NCBI GenBank assembly: GCA_020697715.1
Contig: JAEHCO010000003.1
Span: 32,001 to 96,000 of the forward strand
Source of the DNA: Methanobacteriota archaeon
GTDB lineage: Archaea; Thermoplasmatota; Thermoplasmata; SG8-5; JAGLSY01
DNA length: 64,000 nucleotides
Direction: 5' to 3'
Part shown: positions 9,267-18,989 of the stretch, in pieces
How positions within the stretch are numbered: the first letter of the stretch is position 1
How the letters are laid out: every line of letters starts with the position of its first letter
Made by a program: the position numbers and the translations under genes
The notes under the pieces: model-generated
Database searches by the model: none
Told to the model about the DNA's origin: nothing
Seen by the model: only the letters and a program-made list of their open reading frames with translations

Positions 9267-10748
9267 ATGGTGGTAATGATGGTGGAAGGTCCAAAGATCA
9301 ATGACAAGAGGTCGATTATCCTGCTCATCATCATCATATTCATATTGCTGGCATCCGCCATTATGATAGGTTTTTATGACCCGGACAACGGGGCTGATAT
9401 CAAGCTAGCCCCGGACTTCACCGCCACGGACCACATGAACAGGACATTCAGTCTTAGTGATAATATCGGCAAGGTGACCGTACTTCACATAAATCAATTG
9501 GAAAGCCCGCTCTGCCTGGAATGCGAGGAGCAGATGAGGGGGCAGATCGAGGAACTGGAATTGCTGGCTGCTGATAATGATACGGATGTCAGCATCATCA
9601 CCCTGAACATCAGAAAGAACGAATATTCAGATGATGGCTGGCAGCTGATGTATGATTGGTACGGGACCAATATCACCTGGAATTGGGTGGAGGAACACGA
9701 GCCGTACACGATAGCTTCCCAGTACCAAAAATACTGGGAAGTGGACAGCAGTTTTGCGAATCCCAGTTTGATACTTATAGATCATGAATCGAACGTGGTG
9801 GGTGTTTATCATGTTTATTGCCTGGGAACCGGAGAGCTGGACGGCATCCAGACCCATGGATCATTGGCCCAGGATGTGGAGGATATCCTGGCCGGAGATT
9901 GGGGTGATGAGTTCAGGGGCGATATCTCCACAGGTGTCAGCCTTGGAAGCATGCTCCTTCTCGGCATAGCCACATCCTTCTCCCCATGTTCGATATTATT
10001 ACTGCTGACCATGATATCCTATATCGGGGCCCAGAAGGATGAGGAGGATGCGGATGAGGGTGGAGATGTGGATGAAAATAATAATGAGGATAAAGGTGCA
10101 AATAACGAAACAACTGGCCTGGATTGGAAAAAGGGATTGTGGATGGGCATATCATTCACACTGGGCACGACCCTCGTATTCCTCATATTCGGATTTTTAA
10201 TTTCGTATATCGGGCTTTTCATAGAGATGTCCAGCACCTTCTACCTGGTTGCTGGCTCCATACTCGTGATACTGGGCATAAATGCCATCAAGCCCCTCAC
10301 TGGACTGTTGGATATTTTGAAAACAAATAACACTGGCCGTGAAGAGGCCAGTGAAATTGAAACAGAAACCAATGATACCGGAATCAAGTTCGGAGCAGGG
10401 TTCATAGAAAGATTGAGCAAGCGCTCGGCCAATCTGGCTTCCTTCTTCCTGGGCATCATATTCTCCATTGGCTGGGCACCATGCGCGATATCCCTGGTAT
10501 TTCCCGTGATGGTACTAATGCTGGCTCAGGATATTTCCATATTGACAGGCGGGATGATGATGGGAGCCTTCGGACTCGGTCACGGCCTTGTGATAATCCC
10601 ATTCACTGTCGCGAGCAGTGAATTGAAAGGAAAGCTGGGCAATAAGTACATGAATGCTGGAAGATGGATCCAGCCTTTGTTCGGACTGGCCATAATAGCC
10701 ATAGGGATGATATTCGCTATAAGGTATTTTGGAATTGAGATGTGGTAG
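9267..10748 (+). CDS. redoxin (AhpC/TSA-like) domain fused to CcdA/DsbD transmembrane domain
   Basis: APDFT...FSLSD..GKV and CLEC in the N-terminal half; SFSPC and GWAPC TM cysteine motifs in the C-terminal half. Confidence 0.8.
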   Translation: MVVMMVEGPKINDKRSIILLIIIIFILLASAIMIGFYDPDNGADIKLAPDFTATDHMNRTFSLSDNIGKVTVLHINQLESPLCLECEEQMRGQIEELELLAADNDTDVSIITLNIRKNEYSDDGWQLMYDWYGTNITWNWVEEHEPYTIASQYQKYWEVDSSFANPSLILIDHESNVVGVYHVYCLGTGELDGIQTHGSLAQDVEDILAGDWGDEFRGDISTGVSLGSMLLLGIATSFSPCSILLLLTMISYIGAQKDEEDADEGGDVDENNNEDKGANNETTGLDWKKGLWMGISFTLGTTLVFLIFGFLISYIGLFIEMSSTFYLVAGSILVILGINAIKPLTGLLDILKTNNTGREEASEIETETNDTGIKFGAGFIERLSKRSANLASFFLGIIFSIGWAPCAISLVFPVMVLMLAQDISILTGGMMMGAFGLGHGLVIIPFTVASSELKGKLGNKYMNAGRWIQPLFGLAIIAIGMIFAIRYFGIEMW

Positions 10749-10759
10749 TGATCGAAACA

Positions 10760-11758
10760 CTACCACTTCCCATCTCCGAACCAGCCCTGAGCAACCATTC
10801 CATATTTCTTGGCCAGCTTCTTGCCTTTATCATGTGAATCCACCAGGCCCAAGCTCTTCGCCACGGGTATGTCCGGAATTCCCCATTTATTATTGTTACC
10901 GTACAGAGCGAGATACTTATCCAGAAGCTCGGGATAATGCTTTTCGATAGTGCGCATGAAAGCATCCTTCTGCCGCCCAGGTTTCAATGTCAGGCCGCCA
11001 GCCAGCATCCATTCCACACCTGCTTCCTTGGCTCGACGGAACACGGCTTCCATGTTCTCATCCGTATCCGCTATCCAGGGTATGAGGGGCATGGCCCAGA
11101 TGCCGGTGTGAATTCCGGCATCTGCCAAGGTGGCCAGTGTTTCAAATCTTTCTGTCGTGCTGCTGGCATTGGGCTCGAATATTTTTTGGATATCATCCGA
11201 GTCAAAGGCCACGCTCATTGCCACCGTGGCCTTGCTGGTCTCATTTATCTTAACCAGCAGGTCCAGATCCCTCAGAATAAGTTTATTTTTAGTAAGTATG
11301 AAGACCGGGATATTGTAATCCACGGCCATTTGTAGAAGACGGCGTGTCATCTTCACTTCCTTCTCGGCTGGCTGGTAAACATCACATACGCCTCCGCCAA
11401 TGCACACCGTGAAGTCCGGTTCATTTTCGATATCTTGCTTCATATCTTCTGAAAAATCAAGAAGGGTGCCAGTGTGCTTGCGATTGATAGGAATAAGACC
11501 TTTCTTTTTCAGATATGCCTCAAGAAGTTCCGGAGAATTCTGCTTGACCTTGATACGAGTGCCAAAGTCCTCGTGCATGTGGTAATTCTCCGCCTTGCCA
11601 TCGCAATAAACGCAATCATGCCAGCACCCTTGATATGGATTCAGATTGATATTGCCAGACCTCTTCTGCTCGCGCACTACTGTCTTTGCATCGTAGTATT
11701 CGATCTGATAGGTGTCCGCATCTCCATCTGGAAAATATGACTGGCCTGTGTCACTCAT
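10760..11758 (-). CDS. radical SAM protein, spore photoproduct lyase-like family
   Basis: NPYQGCWHDCVYC (CxxxCxxC), DVYQPAE, ILTK, FEPNA and PLIPWI motifs; ATG at 11758. Confidence 0.85.
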   Translation of the reverse strand: MSDTGQSYFPDGDADTYQIEYYDAKTVVREQKRSGNINLNPYQGCWHDCVYCDGKAENYHMHEDFGTRIKVKQNSPELLEAYLKKKGLIPINRKHTGTLLDFSEDMKQDIENEPDFTVCIGGGVCDVYQPAEKEVKMTRRLLQMAVDYNIPVFILTKNKLILRDLDLLVKINETSKATVAMSVAFDSDDIQKIFEPNASSTTERFETLATLADAGIHTGIWAMPLIPWIADTDENMEAVFRRAKEAGVEWMLAGGLTLKPGRQKDAFMRTIEKHYPELLDKYLALYGNNNKWGIPDIPVAKSLGLVDSHDKGKKLAKKYGMVAQGWFGDGKW

Positions 11759-11899
11759 TGTATTGAAATGACCGCCAATATCTATAACACTTTCGACAGG
11801 GTGAGCGAAAGTGTTTTTCTCAAATAATGACCACAAAATGAACACTTTTGCTCACTTCTGTTAAGTCTTTTGACCACTAATATTGTAATCAGTGATAAG

Positions 11900-13324
11900 A
11901 TGACAGATGATGCAAATTCATATCAGGCAGGAAGAAAGAACGGTGGCATGAGGACATTCACAGTGGTCTGGACCGGCCAGTTCGTCTCCATGTTGGGAAG
12001 TGCGATGGTGGGCTTCGCACTCGCAATTTGGGCTTGGCTATTGACAGGACAGGCGACCGCATTGGCTATGGTCGCCTTCTTCTCCTTCGCTCCTACAATA
12101 TTGATGAGCCCGATAGCCGGAGCACTTGTTGACAGATGGAACCGCAAAAAGACAATGATACTCAGCGATCTGGCTGCTGGAATTGGCAGCATCGTGATAC
12201 TGGCGATCTATCTTGCAGGTGGCCTTCAGATCTGGCATCTATGTGCTGTCGGAGCCTTCTCAGGTATATTTCAATCCTTCCAGTTCCCAGCTTATTCAGC
12301 AGCTATAACGACCATGGTTGACAAAAAGCACTATGCCAGAACAAATTCCATGATGGCAATGGCCGGCTCAGCCTCTATAATCATCGCACCCATGCTAGCT
12401 GCCTTCCTGCTCGGGCCGATCGGAATAGCCGGAATATTGGTGCTGGACATCATCACATTCACATATGCAATTTCAGTGATCCTTATGGCTGACATACCTC
12501 AGCCAGCAGAGTCAAAGGATGGAAAGGAAAGCAAGGGCAGTCTGTGGAAGGAATCCCTGTACGGCTTCAAGTACATACGCGAGAGGCCCAGTTTATTCAG
12601 CCTGCTCTTAATATTCTTCCTTTTCAACCTTGTCGCGACAGCCGGCCAGACAGTGCTCGCACCCATGCTACTTGCGAGAACTGCAAACAATGAAATGATA
12701 CTTGGCTCGGTCATGTCGATATTCGGGATAGGAGGCATCGTGGGGGGACTGGTCATAACAGCATGGGGAGGTCCGAAGAGGAAGATACACGGCATACTAC
12801 TCGGCATGGCTGCAGGTAGTCTGTTGGGCATCACCCTCATCGGGCTTGGCCAGTCGATGTATGTCTGGGCCATAGGGGCCTTCATCGCAGCTGCTGTATT
12901 CCCGGTATTAGGAAGCTCGAGCCAGGCCATCTGGCAGTCCAAGGTCGCGCCAGATGTTCAGGGAAGGGTGTTTGCCGCCCGCAGAATGATCGCCCAGGTC
13001 TGTGTACCCATCTCGATGCTGATTTCCGGACCACTGGCCGATAGGGTATTCGAGCCTGCCATGATGGATGGCGGGAGCCTAACTGGTATATTCGGTTGGC
13101 TGGTGGGAACTGGCCCAGGTGCCGGAATGGGATTGATGCTCGTATTGGCAGGTATCGGAAGTGCGATAATAGCACTGGCCGCCTATGGGTCGAAAAATGT
13201 GAGGAACATAGAGGACATACTGCCAGATCATGATGCAGTGCCAGAGCCAGTGCCGGAGCCAATTAGCCCAGAACACCCAAATCCAGGCCCGGAATCACCA
13301 CACCCCTCAACATCATCAGTTTGA
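11900..13324 (+). CDS. MFS transporter (DHA3/macrolide-efflux-like)
   Basis: WTGQFVS.LGS, AGALVDRWNRKK and QGRVF motifs; about 12 TM. Confidence 0.9.
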   Translation: MTDDANSYQAGRKNGGMRTFTVVWTGQFVSMLGSAMVGFALAIWAWLLTGQATALAMVAFFSFAPTILMSPIAGALVDRWNRKKTMILSDLAAGIGSIVILAIYLAGGLQIWHLCAVGAFSGIFQSFQFPAYSAAITTMVDKKHYARTNSMMAMAGSASIIIAPMLAAFLLGPIGIAGILVLDIITFTYAISVILMADIPQPAESKDGKESKGSLWKESLYGFKYIRERPSLFSLLLIFFLFNLVATAGQTVLAPMLLARTANNEMILGSVMSIFGIGGIVGGLVITAWGGPKRKIHGILLGMAAGSLLGITLIGLGQSMYVWAIGAFIAAAVFPVLGSSSQAIWQSKVAPDVQGRVFAARRMIAQVCVPISMLISGPLADRVFEPAMMDGGSLTGIFGWLVGTGPGAGMGLMLVLAGIGSAIIALAAYGSKNVRNIEDILPDHDAVPEPVPEPISPEHPNPGPESPHPSTSSV

Positions 13325-13334
13325 TTATTGCCCA

Positions 13335-13382
13335 GAACATGTGTAAGGCTCGGCTTCAAGCCCCGAAGCTTTACACATGTTC
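13335..13382. other. long intergenic hairpin (terminator or REP-like)
   Basis: GAACATGTGTAAGGCT ... AGCTTTACACATGTTC 16-bp stem with one G-U pair; inner GGCTTCAAGCC. Confidence 0.55.
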
Positions 13383-13428
13383 CTCCACATACCGTTATAT
13401 ATCCCCAAGGCAATTATGACCTGTAACT

Positions 13429-14010
13429 ATGTCAGGATATCTCATTGTGGACATCGAGACCGCGGATCTCGAATTCGAAGACCAGGAGGTGCAGAGATAC
13501 CTCCTGGAGAAGAACATAATTCCAGCTCTGCATCCTTACTTTTCCAGAATTGCCGCGATAGGGGTGAAGCCAGCTGGCAAGGATGCCATCATCCTTCATG
13601 GGGATGAAGAGGTGGAGATATTGACCGAATTCTGGAGACTGGTGAAGAGCAATCAAATGGCGAAAATAGTCACATTCAATGGCTATGGATTTGACATTCC
13701 TTACATAAATGCCAGGAGCGTGTTGAATGGCATCTCTCCAGGCACTGGCATCAATCTTAACAAATGGAACATGGGACGTTCCAATCACTTCGACATCATG
13801 CAGGCGATGTCCATGACAGGTAATTTCAAATGGGTGTCACTGGAGATGACAGCCAGAGTTCTAGATGTGCCAGTTCCAGAGGACAGTATTCCGTCCGCCG
13901 ATATGCCCAAGCTCTTCAAGGAAGGCGATTGGGCCAGCATTGTGAAGCATAACAAACATGATCTAGAAATGACCGAAGCCATATATCTCAAAATTAAGGA
14001 TATGTTTTGA
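13429..14010 (+). CDS. DEDD 3'-5' exonuclease, PolB-exo/RNase H-like
   Basis: VDIET (ExoI), TFNGYGFDIPY (ExoII), HNKHDL (ExoIII). Confidence 0.85.
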   Translation: MSGYLIVDIETADLEFEDQEVQRYLLEKNIIPALHPYFSRIAAIGVKPAGKDAIILHGDEEVEILTEFWRLVKSNQMAKIVTFNGYGFDIPYINARSVLNGISPGTGINLNKWNMGRSNHFDIMQAMSMTGNFKWVSLEMTARVLDVPVPEDSIPSADMPKLFKEGDWASIVKHNKHDLEMTEAIYLKIKDMF

Positions 14011-14067
14011 ACTCCTTCTACAATTCCTGAACCTATCATAAACTTTATTTTGTACTCACCTATTAGG

Positions 14068-15027
14068 ATGAACGATAATATGACAATAGAATATCGACAC
14101 CCAACAATAGATGACATCGAGGCTATGACCGATATAGCCAACAGATCCAGCAGAGAACTGCCGCTCCACAGAGATAATACTGTGGAGGAGATGAGAGCCT
14201 GGACCTTTGAAGAGGAAGATTATGACCCGAAGGGATACTTACTGGCTCTGGTTGATGGAGAACCTGCAGGTTACGGCGGTACAATGGTTCAAAAGAGCCG
14301 TCAGGAATCTGGCATGAACGATATCCACATTGGTTTGGGTGTCGTGCCAGAGCATCGGGGCAAGGGCATCGAGCAATATCTTATGAAGCATGGACTGGCC
14401 TTTGGTAGGGAAAAAGGGATCAAATATGCAAAGAGATGGTGCAGTCTGACCGAGGGCTGGAGGCATGATCTCAGCCTGGAATTCGGCTTCAAGGACGTCC
14501 GCCATGGTTATGTCATGGTGTATGATCAGAATGCTCCGCCGCCAAATGTACCCCTGCCCGACAATATGAGGTTCGAGCACCATGACTTCAAGAGTGCCAG
14601 TAGTGAGGTCATCACTCAGTTCGTTGAAGGGTTCAATGATTCTTTTGTCGACCATTATAATTTCTCACCTGTACCTATCCAGAGATTCATTAAGGCTCAG
14701 GAAGTGGACATGGAGCCAGGTCGCATCACCTTTGCAAAGGAAGGTGATGATATCTCAGGCGTACTTCTCGTAGAGGAGTCTACGGAATTCAATAAGGAAA
14801 ATGGGACAAAGGTAGGCTGGGCCAATGTATTGGGTGTTCGTAAGGAATATAGAAAGAGAGGCATTGGAAGAGCCCTATTATCTGATGGTATGAAGTGGAT
14901 ACTTGACCAGGGCATGGACACCGTTTATCTTGGCATGGATGCCGAGAACGCCAAAGCACTGGACCTATACCTGTCACTGGGCTTCAAGGTCGATCAGGAA
15001 GGTATCACTTACCAACTTGACCTATAG
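14068..15027 (+). CDS. tandem GNAT acetyltransferase (MshD-like architecture)
   Basis: Two acetyl-CoA motifs, VVPEHRGKGI and VRKEYRKRGIGRAL, plus N..ALDLYLSLGF. Confidence 0.85.
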   Translation: MNDNMTIEYRHPTIDDIEAMTDIANRSSRELPLHRDNTVEEMRAWTFEEEDYDPKGYLLALVDGEPAGYGGTMVQKSRQESGMNDIHIGLGVVPEHRGKGIEQYLMKHGLAFGREKGIKYAKRWCSLTEGWRHDLSLEFGFKDVRHGYVMVYDQNAPPPNVPLPDNMRFEHHDFKSASSEVITQFVEGFNDSFVDHYNFSPVPIQRFIKAQEVDMEPGRITFAKEGDDISGVLLVEESTEFNKENGTKVGWANVLGVRKEYRKRGIGRALLSDGMKWILDQGMDTVYLGMDAENAKALDLYLSLGFKVDQEGITYQLDL

Positions 15028-15122
15028 ATCAGCATAATACAAAACTAACTATGATGTATATTTTTATACATCGGAGAACACTTATATACTATATCGTCCT
15101 CCTCGCCCTTCAAGGTGACAAT

Positions 15123-15623
15123 ATGTGGGACATAGTGAAAGTGAAATTCGAGAACTACCCAGCGCAGGAAAAGATAGCTGAAAAGCTGATGGAACACGGC
15201 ATATCCGTGAAGAACGGCCTACTTTATTCGGGCGATATCTACATGCCGGGCACGGCCTTAGCGAGGGCAACAGGTACAGATCGCCGAGTTGTATTATCGA
15301 CCATCCAGACCATCATGCACGACCCGGAACTGGAGAATATCTTCGCCAATATTCGTCCAATTTGCAGTTTTAAGGACGTGGCACCCAGCATGAACTGGGG
15401 TGTCCTCGAAATTCAGCCAGATGATGTTGACAAGCCTGGAATTGTAGCGGATGTGACGCAGATACTGGCCAGGGAGAATATCAGTTTGAGGCAGATCATT
15501 GCGGATGACCCAGGGATCATGAAGAAGCCAAAGGCTTTCTTCATTTCAGAAAAGCCAATACCAGCGAAGCTCCTTCCTATGATAAAGGAGCTGGATGGGG
15601 TTAAGGGAGTTTCGATCTATTGA
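15123..15623 (+). CDS. ACT-domain regulator of amino acid metabolism
   Basis: ALARATGTDRRVV and PGIVADVTQILARENISLRQ motifs; GGTGA RBS before ATG 15123. Confidence 0.8.
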   Translation: MWDIVKVKFENYPAQEKIAEKLMEHGISVKNGLLYSGDIYMPGTALARATGTDRRVVLSTIQTIMHDPELENIFANIRPICSFKDVAPSMNWGVLEIQPDDVDKPGIVADVTQILARENISLRQIIADDPGIMKKPKAFFISEKPIPAKLLPMIKELDGVKGVSIY

Positions 15624-15694
15624 TGACACTGTGAAGGATAAGCGGATGCGAAACCAATTTAACCATCCAGCCTATTTCGGGTTTAGGTAATATC

Positions 15695-16477
15695 ATGACC
15701 CTCAAGATAGGAATAATCGGCGGCAGTGGAATTGCAGATGCAGGTTTCTTTACGGAGATAGATAAGATAAACTTGGACACGCCTTATGGGAAACCATCTG
15801 GTTCTTTCATAAAAGGCGAGTACGAGGGCGTTGAGATATACTTCCTCAATCGGCACGGAGCCGGCCACACCATTCCCCCTCACAAGGTCAATTACAGGGC
15901 GAATATCTGGGGAATGAAAGAACTGGGTGTCAGTATCCTTCTATGCCCGTCAGCCGTCGGCTCGCTCAAAGAAGAGTACGAGCCAGCCCAGATATGCATA
16001 ACAGATCAATTCATTGATTTCACAAGAGGTCGCGATCTGACATTCTTCGACGGCCCAAAGGTGGCTCATCTTTCCATTGCCGATCCTATGTGTGGCAGTC
16101 TGAGGAAACTTCTCATTGATGAATGTGAGAAGCAGAGCCTGGCACATCACAAGAAAGGAACTTATGTCACGATAGCCGGCCCTCGCTTTTCAACAAAGGC
16201 TGAAAGCCATATGTTCCGCAATTTCGCTGATATAATCGGCATGACGCTGGTTCCCGAATGCCAGCTGGCCAGAGAATTGGGATTGTGCTATGCGAATATC
16301 GCCATGATAACTGATTATGATGTCTGGAAGGATAAGCCAGTCAATATCGAGGAGGTCATCAAGACCATGAAGAACAATGTTGGTAAGATTCAATCACTTC
16401 TTCAGGGTGTTATTCCAAGACTGGCCGAGTTGGATAATTGCAACTGTAAAGCTACCGCGCTAGATTCCGAGATGTAA
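15695..16477 (+). CDS. mtnP: S-methyl-5'-thioadenosine phosphorylase
   Basis: IGIIGGSG, TPYG, RHG.GH..PPHKVNYRANIW, GPRFST.AES, GMT..PE and TDYD motifs. Confidence 0.92.
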   Translation: MTLKIGIIGGSGIADAGFFTEIDKINLDTPYGKPSGSFIKGEYEGVEIYFLNRHGAGHTIPPHKVNYRANIWGMKELGVSILLCPSAVGSLKEEYEPAQICITDQFIDFTRGRDLTFFDGPKVAHLSIADPMCGSLRKLLIDECEKQSLAHHKKGTYVTIAGPRFSTKAESHMFRNFADIIGMTLVPECQLARELGLCYANIAMITDYDVWKDKPVNIEEVIKTMKNNVGKIQSLLQGVIPRLAELDNCNCKATALDSEM

Positions 16478-16570
16478 TGTCCAAATATTATCCATATTGA
16501 GGAATACCCAGGGATTTCCCGCGATACGCTTATATATGCTAAAACCTACACTCATACCAGAGACGATAAT

Positions 16571-17518
16571 ATGACAGAAATACAACATATAATCAAGACC
16601 TCTGGCCTGAAGAAGACTTTCAAACAGGTCAGGGCGGTCGATGACCTTACCCTTACTGTGAACAGGGGAGATATTTACGGATTTCTTGGGCCAAATGGAG
16701 CCGGAAAGACCACGACCATCAAGATGATACTGGACCTTGTCCAGCCCGATGGCGGAGATATCTGGCTGAACGGGATCAATATTGCAGAGAACGGTGTGAA
16801 TACCCGTGAGGGTATCGGATACCTTCCAGAGAGGGCTCAATTCTACCAAAACCTCACCGCCATCCAGACAATGGAATTCTTCGCGGAATTGAAAGGCGTG
16901 GACAAGGATCAGTGTGACGAGCTCCTTGCCAAGGTGGGCATGGACAGATGGCGCGACAAGAAAGTTGGCACATTCTCAAAGGGAATGGTACAGCTTGTTG
17001 GTGTTGCTCAGGCACTCCTTGGAGAACCACAATTACTCATACTCGACGAACCGACATCTGGATTGGATCCCAGATGGTCCAGAGTGCTCAAGGATATCAT
17101 ATTGGAGATGAATGGAAAAGGCACTACGGTTTTCTTCTCATCCCATTTACTTTCAGAGGTTCAGGAATTATGTAACCGCGTTGCTATCCTGAATCAGGGT
17201 CACTTGATAATCGAGGACACGGTGGCACATGTCAGCGGAGGCATGAGCAATAAGCCAAAGCTGGTCATACGTGTTACCAGTGAGCCTGAGAAAGCTGTCC
17301 AGGCGATCAAGGATGCTGGCTTTGACGAGGTCGAGGTTCACGGCAATCAGATATCTGTCCTGGTGGAAAGCACGGACAAATCCAAGATCCTCAAAGCCCT
17401 CAGTGATGCTGAGATATCTGTTGAGGATTTCAAGACCATCGAGCCATCTTTGGAAGATGCCTTCATGGGCTATATTGGCCAGGAGGCCATTGCTGGAGGT
17501 GTCATCAATGGGCCTTGA
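16571..17518 (+). CDS. ABC-2 type transporter ATP-binding protein
   Basis: GPNGAGKTT, FSKGM signature, LILDEPTSGLDP, SSH. Confidence 0.93.
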   Translation: MTEIQHIIKTSGLKKTFKQVRAVDDLTLTVNRGDIYGFLGPNGAGKTTTIKMILDLVQPDGGDIWLNGINIAENGVNTREGIGYLPERAQFYQNLTAIQTMEFFAELKGVDKDQCDELLAKVGMDRWRDKKVGTFSKGMVQLVGVAQALLGEPQLLILDEPTSGLDPRWSRVLKDIILEMNGKGTTVFFSSHLLSEVQELCNRVAILNQGHLIIEDTVAHVSGGMSNKPKLVIRVTSEPEKAVQAIKDAGFDEVEVHGNQISVLVESTDKSKILKALSDAEISVEDFKTIEPSLEDAFMGYIGQEAIAGGVINGP

Positions 17519-18380
17519 GATCAACCTGAATAAAGTAATGTCGATCGCTAAGAAAGAATTCATGGACAATTGGAGAAACAAATGGGTGCTGGCACTTAGT
17601 ATTCTATTCATGATCCTGGTAATAGCCTTCTCCTACTTTGGAGGAGCAACTGGAGGAAGTGTCGAGTTCCAGGGGTACGCGGATACAGTTGCAGCTATGT
17701 CCACCATTGCCGCCATGTTCCTGCCGATCATAGCAATTATGCTTGGCTATGGCTCGGTAATAAGCGAAAGAGAGAATGGGTCAATGGGTGTTGTCCTGGG
17801 CTGTCCGGTCTCCAAATTTGATGTGATAATAGGTAAATTCCTAGGACTTGGTTCAGTGTTGATGGCCACGATATTGATAGGATTCGGAGTATCTGGCATC
17901 ATTGTAGGAGCAATAGCTGGCTTTGAAGGAGGGGTAGAATACTTCCTCTTCATGATGCTGACCTTCATATTCGCCATGTTCTTTCTGGGATTCTCCATAT
18001 TCATGTCCACAATTGCGAACAAACGTTCTACCGCGATAGCTGGAGGCCTTGTAGTGTTCTTCAGTGGTATGATAGCAGGTATGATCCTATTCGGGTTATG
18101 GATAGCCAGTGGAGGGGACTTTGGAGCAATGATGGATGCCGCCATGACAGGCGGAGATATGCCTTCCTTCCCTGATTGGTACTGGGCTGGTATGTTCTTC
18201 AGCTTCATGGACATATATCCAATGGGTGCGATGCTCTTGTTCAATCTGACGGATTTCTCTGGTATCTCCTATGCATACCCAGATTTTGTAACCGCAGTAT
18301 CGATCTCCGCATGGTTCACCGTACTTACGCTCTTGTCCTTCTTTGGTTCCCTGTTCGTCTTCGATAAGAAGGATCTATGA
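17508..18380 (+). CDS. ABC-2 type permease (NosY-like)
   Basis: IAKKEFMD, ISERENGS...P.SK..VIIGKFLG; GGAGGTG RBS before ATG 17508. Confidence 0.88.
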   Translation: MGLEINLNKVMSIAKKEFMDNWRNKWVLALSILFMILVIAFSYFGGATGGSVEFQGYADTVAAMSTIAAMFLPIIAIMLGYGSVISERENGSMGVVLGCPVSKFDVIIGKFLGLGSVLMATILIGFGVSGIIVGAIAGFEGGVEYFLFMMLTFIFAMFFLGFSIFMSTIANKRSTAIAGGLVVFFSGMIAGMILFGLWIASGGDFGAMMDAAMTGGDMPSFPDWYWAGMFFSFMDIYPMGAMLLFNLTDFSGISYAYPDFVTAVSISAWFTVLTLLSFFGSLFVFDKKDL

Positions 18381-18388
18381 GGTAATGA

Positions 18389-18889
18389 ATGAGCCAGTAC
18401 TCACTATATAAGGAAACTATCTGGTGGAAGGAGATAATCGTCACAATAGGGACAATGTCAGTGCTATTTGGAGTACTGGCATTCTTCTTTCTTTTCAGAT
18501 CAACGGATCCTGAAAGTGAGCGAGTTTTGCTATTCATCATTTTCTCGATAATTAGTGTATTATTCATTTTTCTGACCTATTATTTCAGGAAGCTGGACAT
18601 TGATATACACAATGATGGTGTGAGCATTGGTTGGGCCTACTTCAAAAAAGAGTATGTTTGGTCCGATATCGAAGAGGTCTGGAAGGATGATCGCAATGCC
18701 ATGAGATACGGTGGCTACGGCATCAAAGGCACTTATATGAACGGAAAATGGGTGCTGGTATACAATGTCATCATGGCTGATAGAGTGGTTCTGAAGCTGA
18801 AGGAAGGAAAATACGGTGAATTCGTATTCTCCACAAAGGATCCAGATAAGGTGATCGGGCTGATCGAACCATACCTTGGTAAACAGTAG
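18389..18889 (+). CDS. membrane protein, 2 TM plus PH-like soluble domain
   Basis: Two TM helices, then YGGYGIK...FVFSTKDPDKV. Confidence 0.6.
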   Translation: MSQYSLYKETIWWKEIIVTIGTMSVLFGVLAFFFLFRSTDPESERVLLFIIFSIISVLFIFLTYYFRKLDIDIHNDGVSIGWAYFKKEYVWSDIEEVWKDDRNAMRYGGYGIKGTYMNGKWVLVYNVIMADRVVLKLKEGKYGEFVFSTKDPDKVIGLIEPYLGKQ

Positions 18890-18905
18890 ATATCGGGTTA
18901 AGATC

Positions 18906-18959
18906 ATCAATCACATCAATCACATCAATCACATCTATCATATCAATTACATCAAGCTC
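18906..18959 (+). repeat. 9-bp tandem repeat (ATCAATCAC), 3 perfect plus 3 degenerate copies
   Basis: atcaatcac x3, atctatcat, atcaattac, atcaagctc. Confidence 0.8.
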
Positions 18960-18989
18960 AATTATTTATAACACAGTCAGATTGACCCT

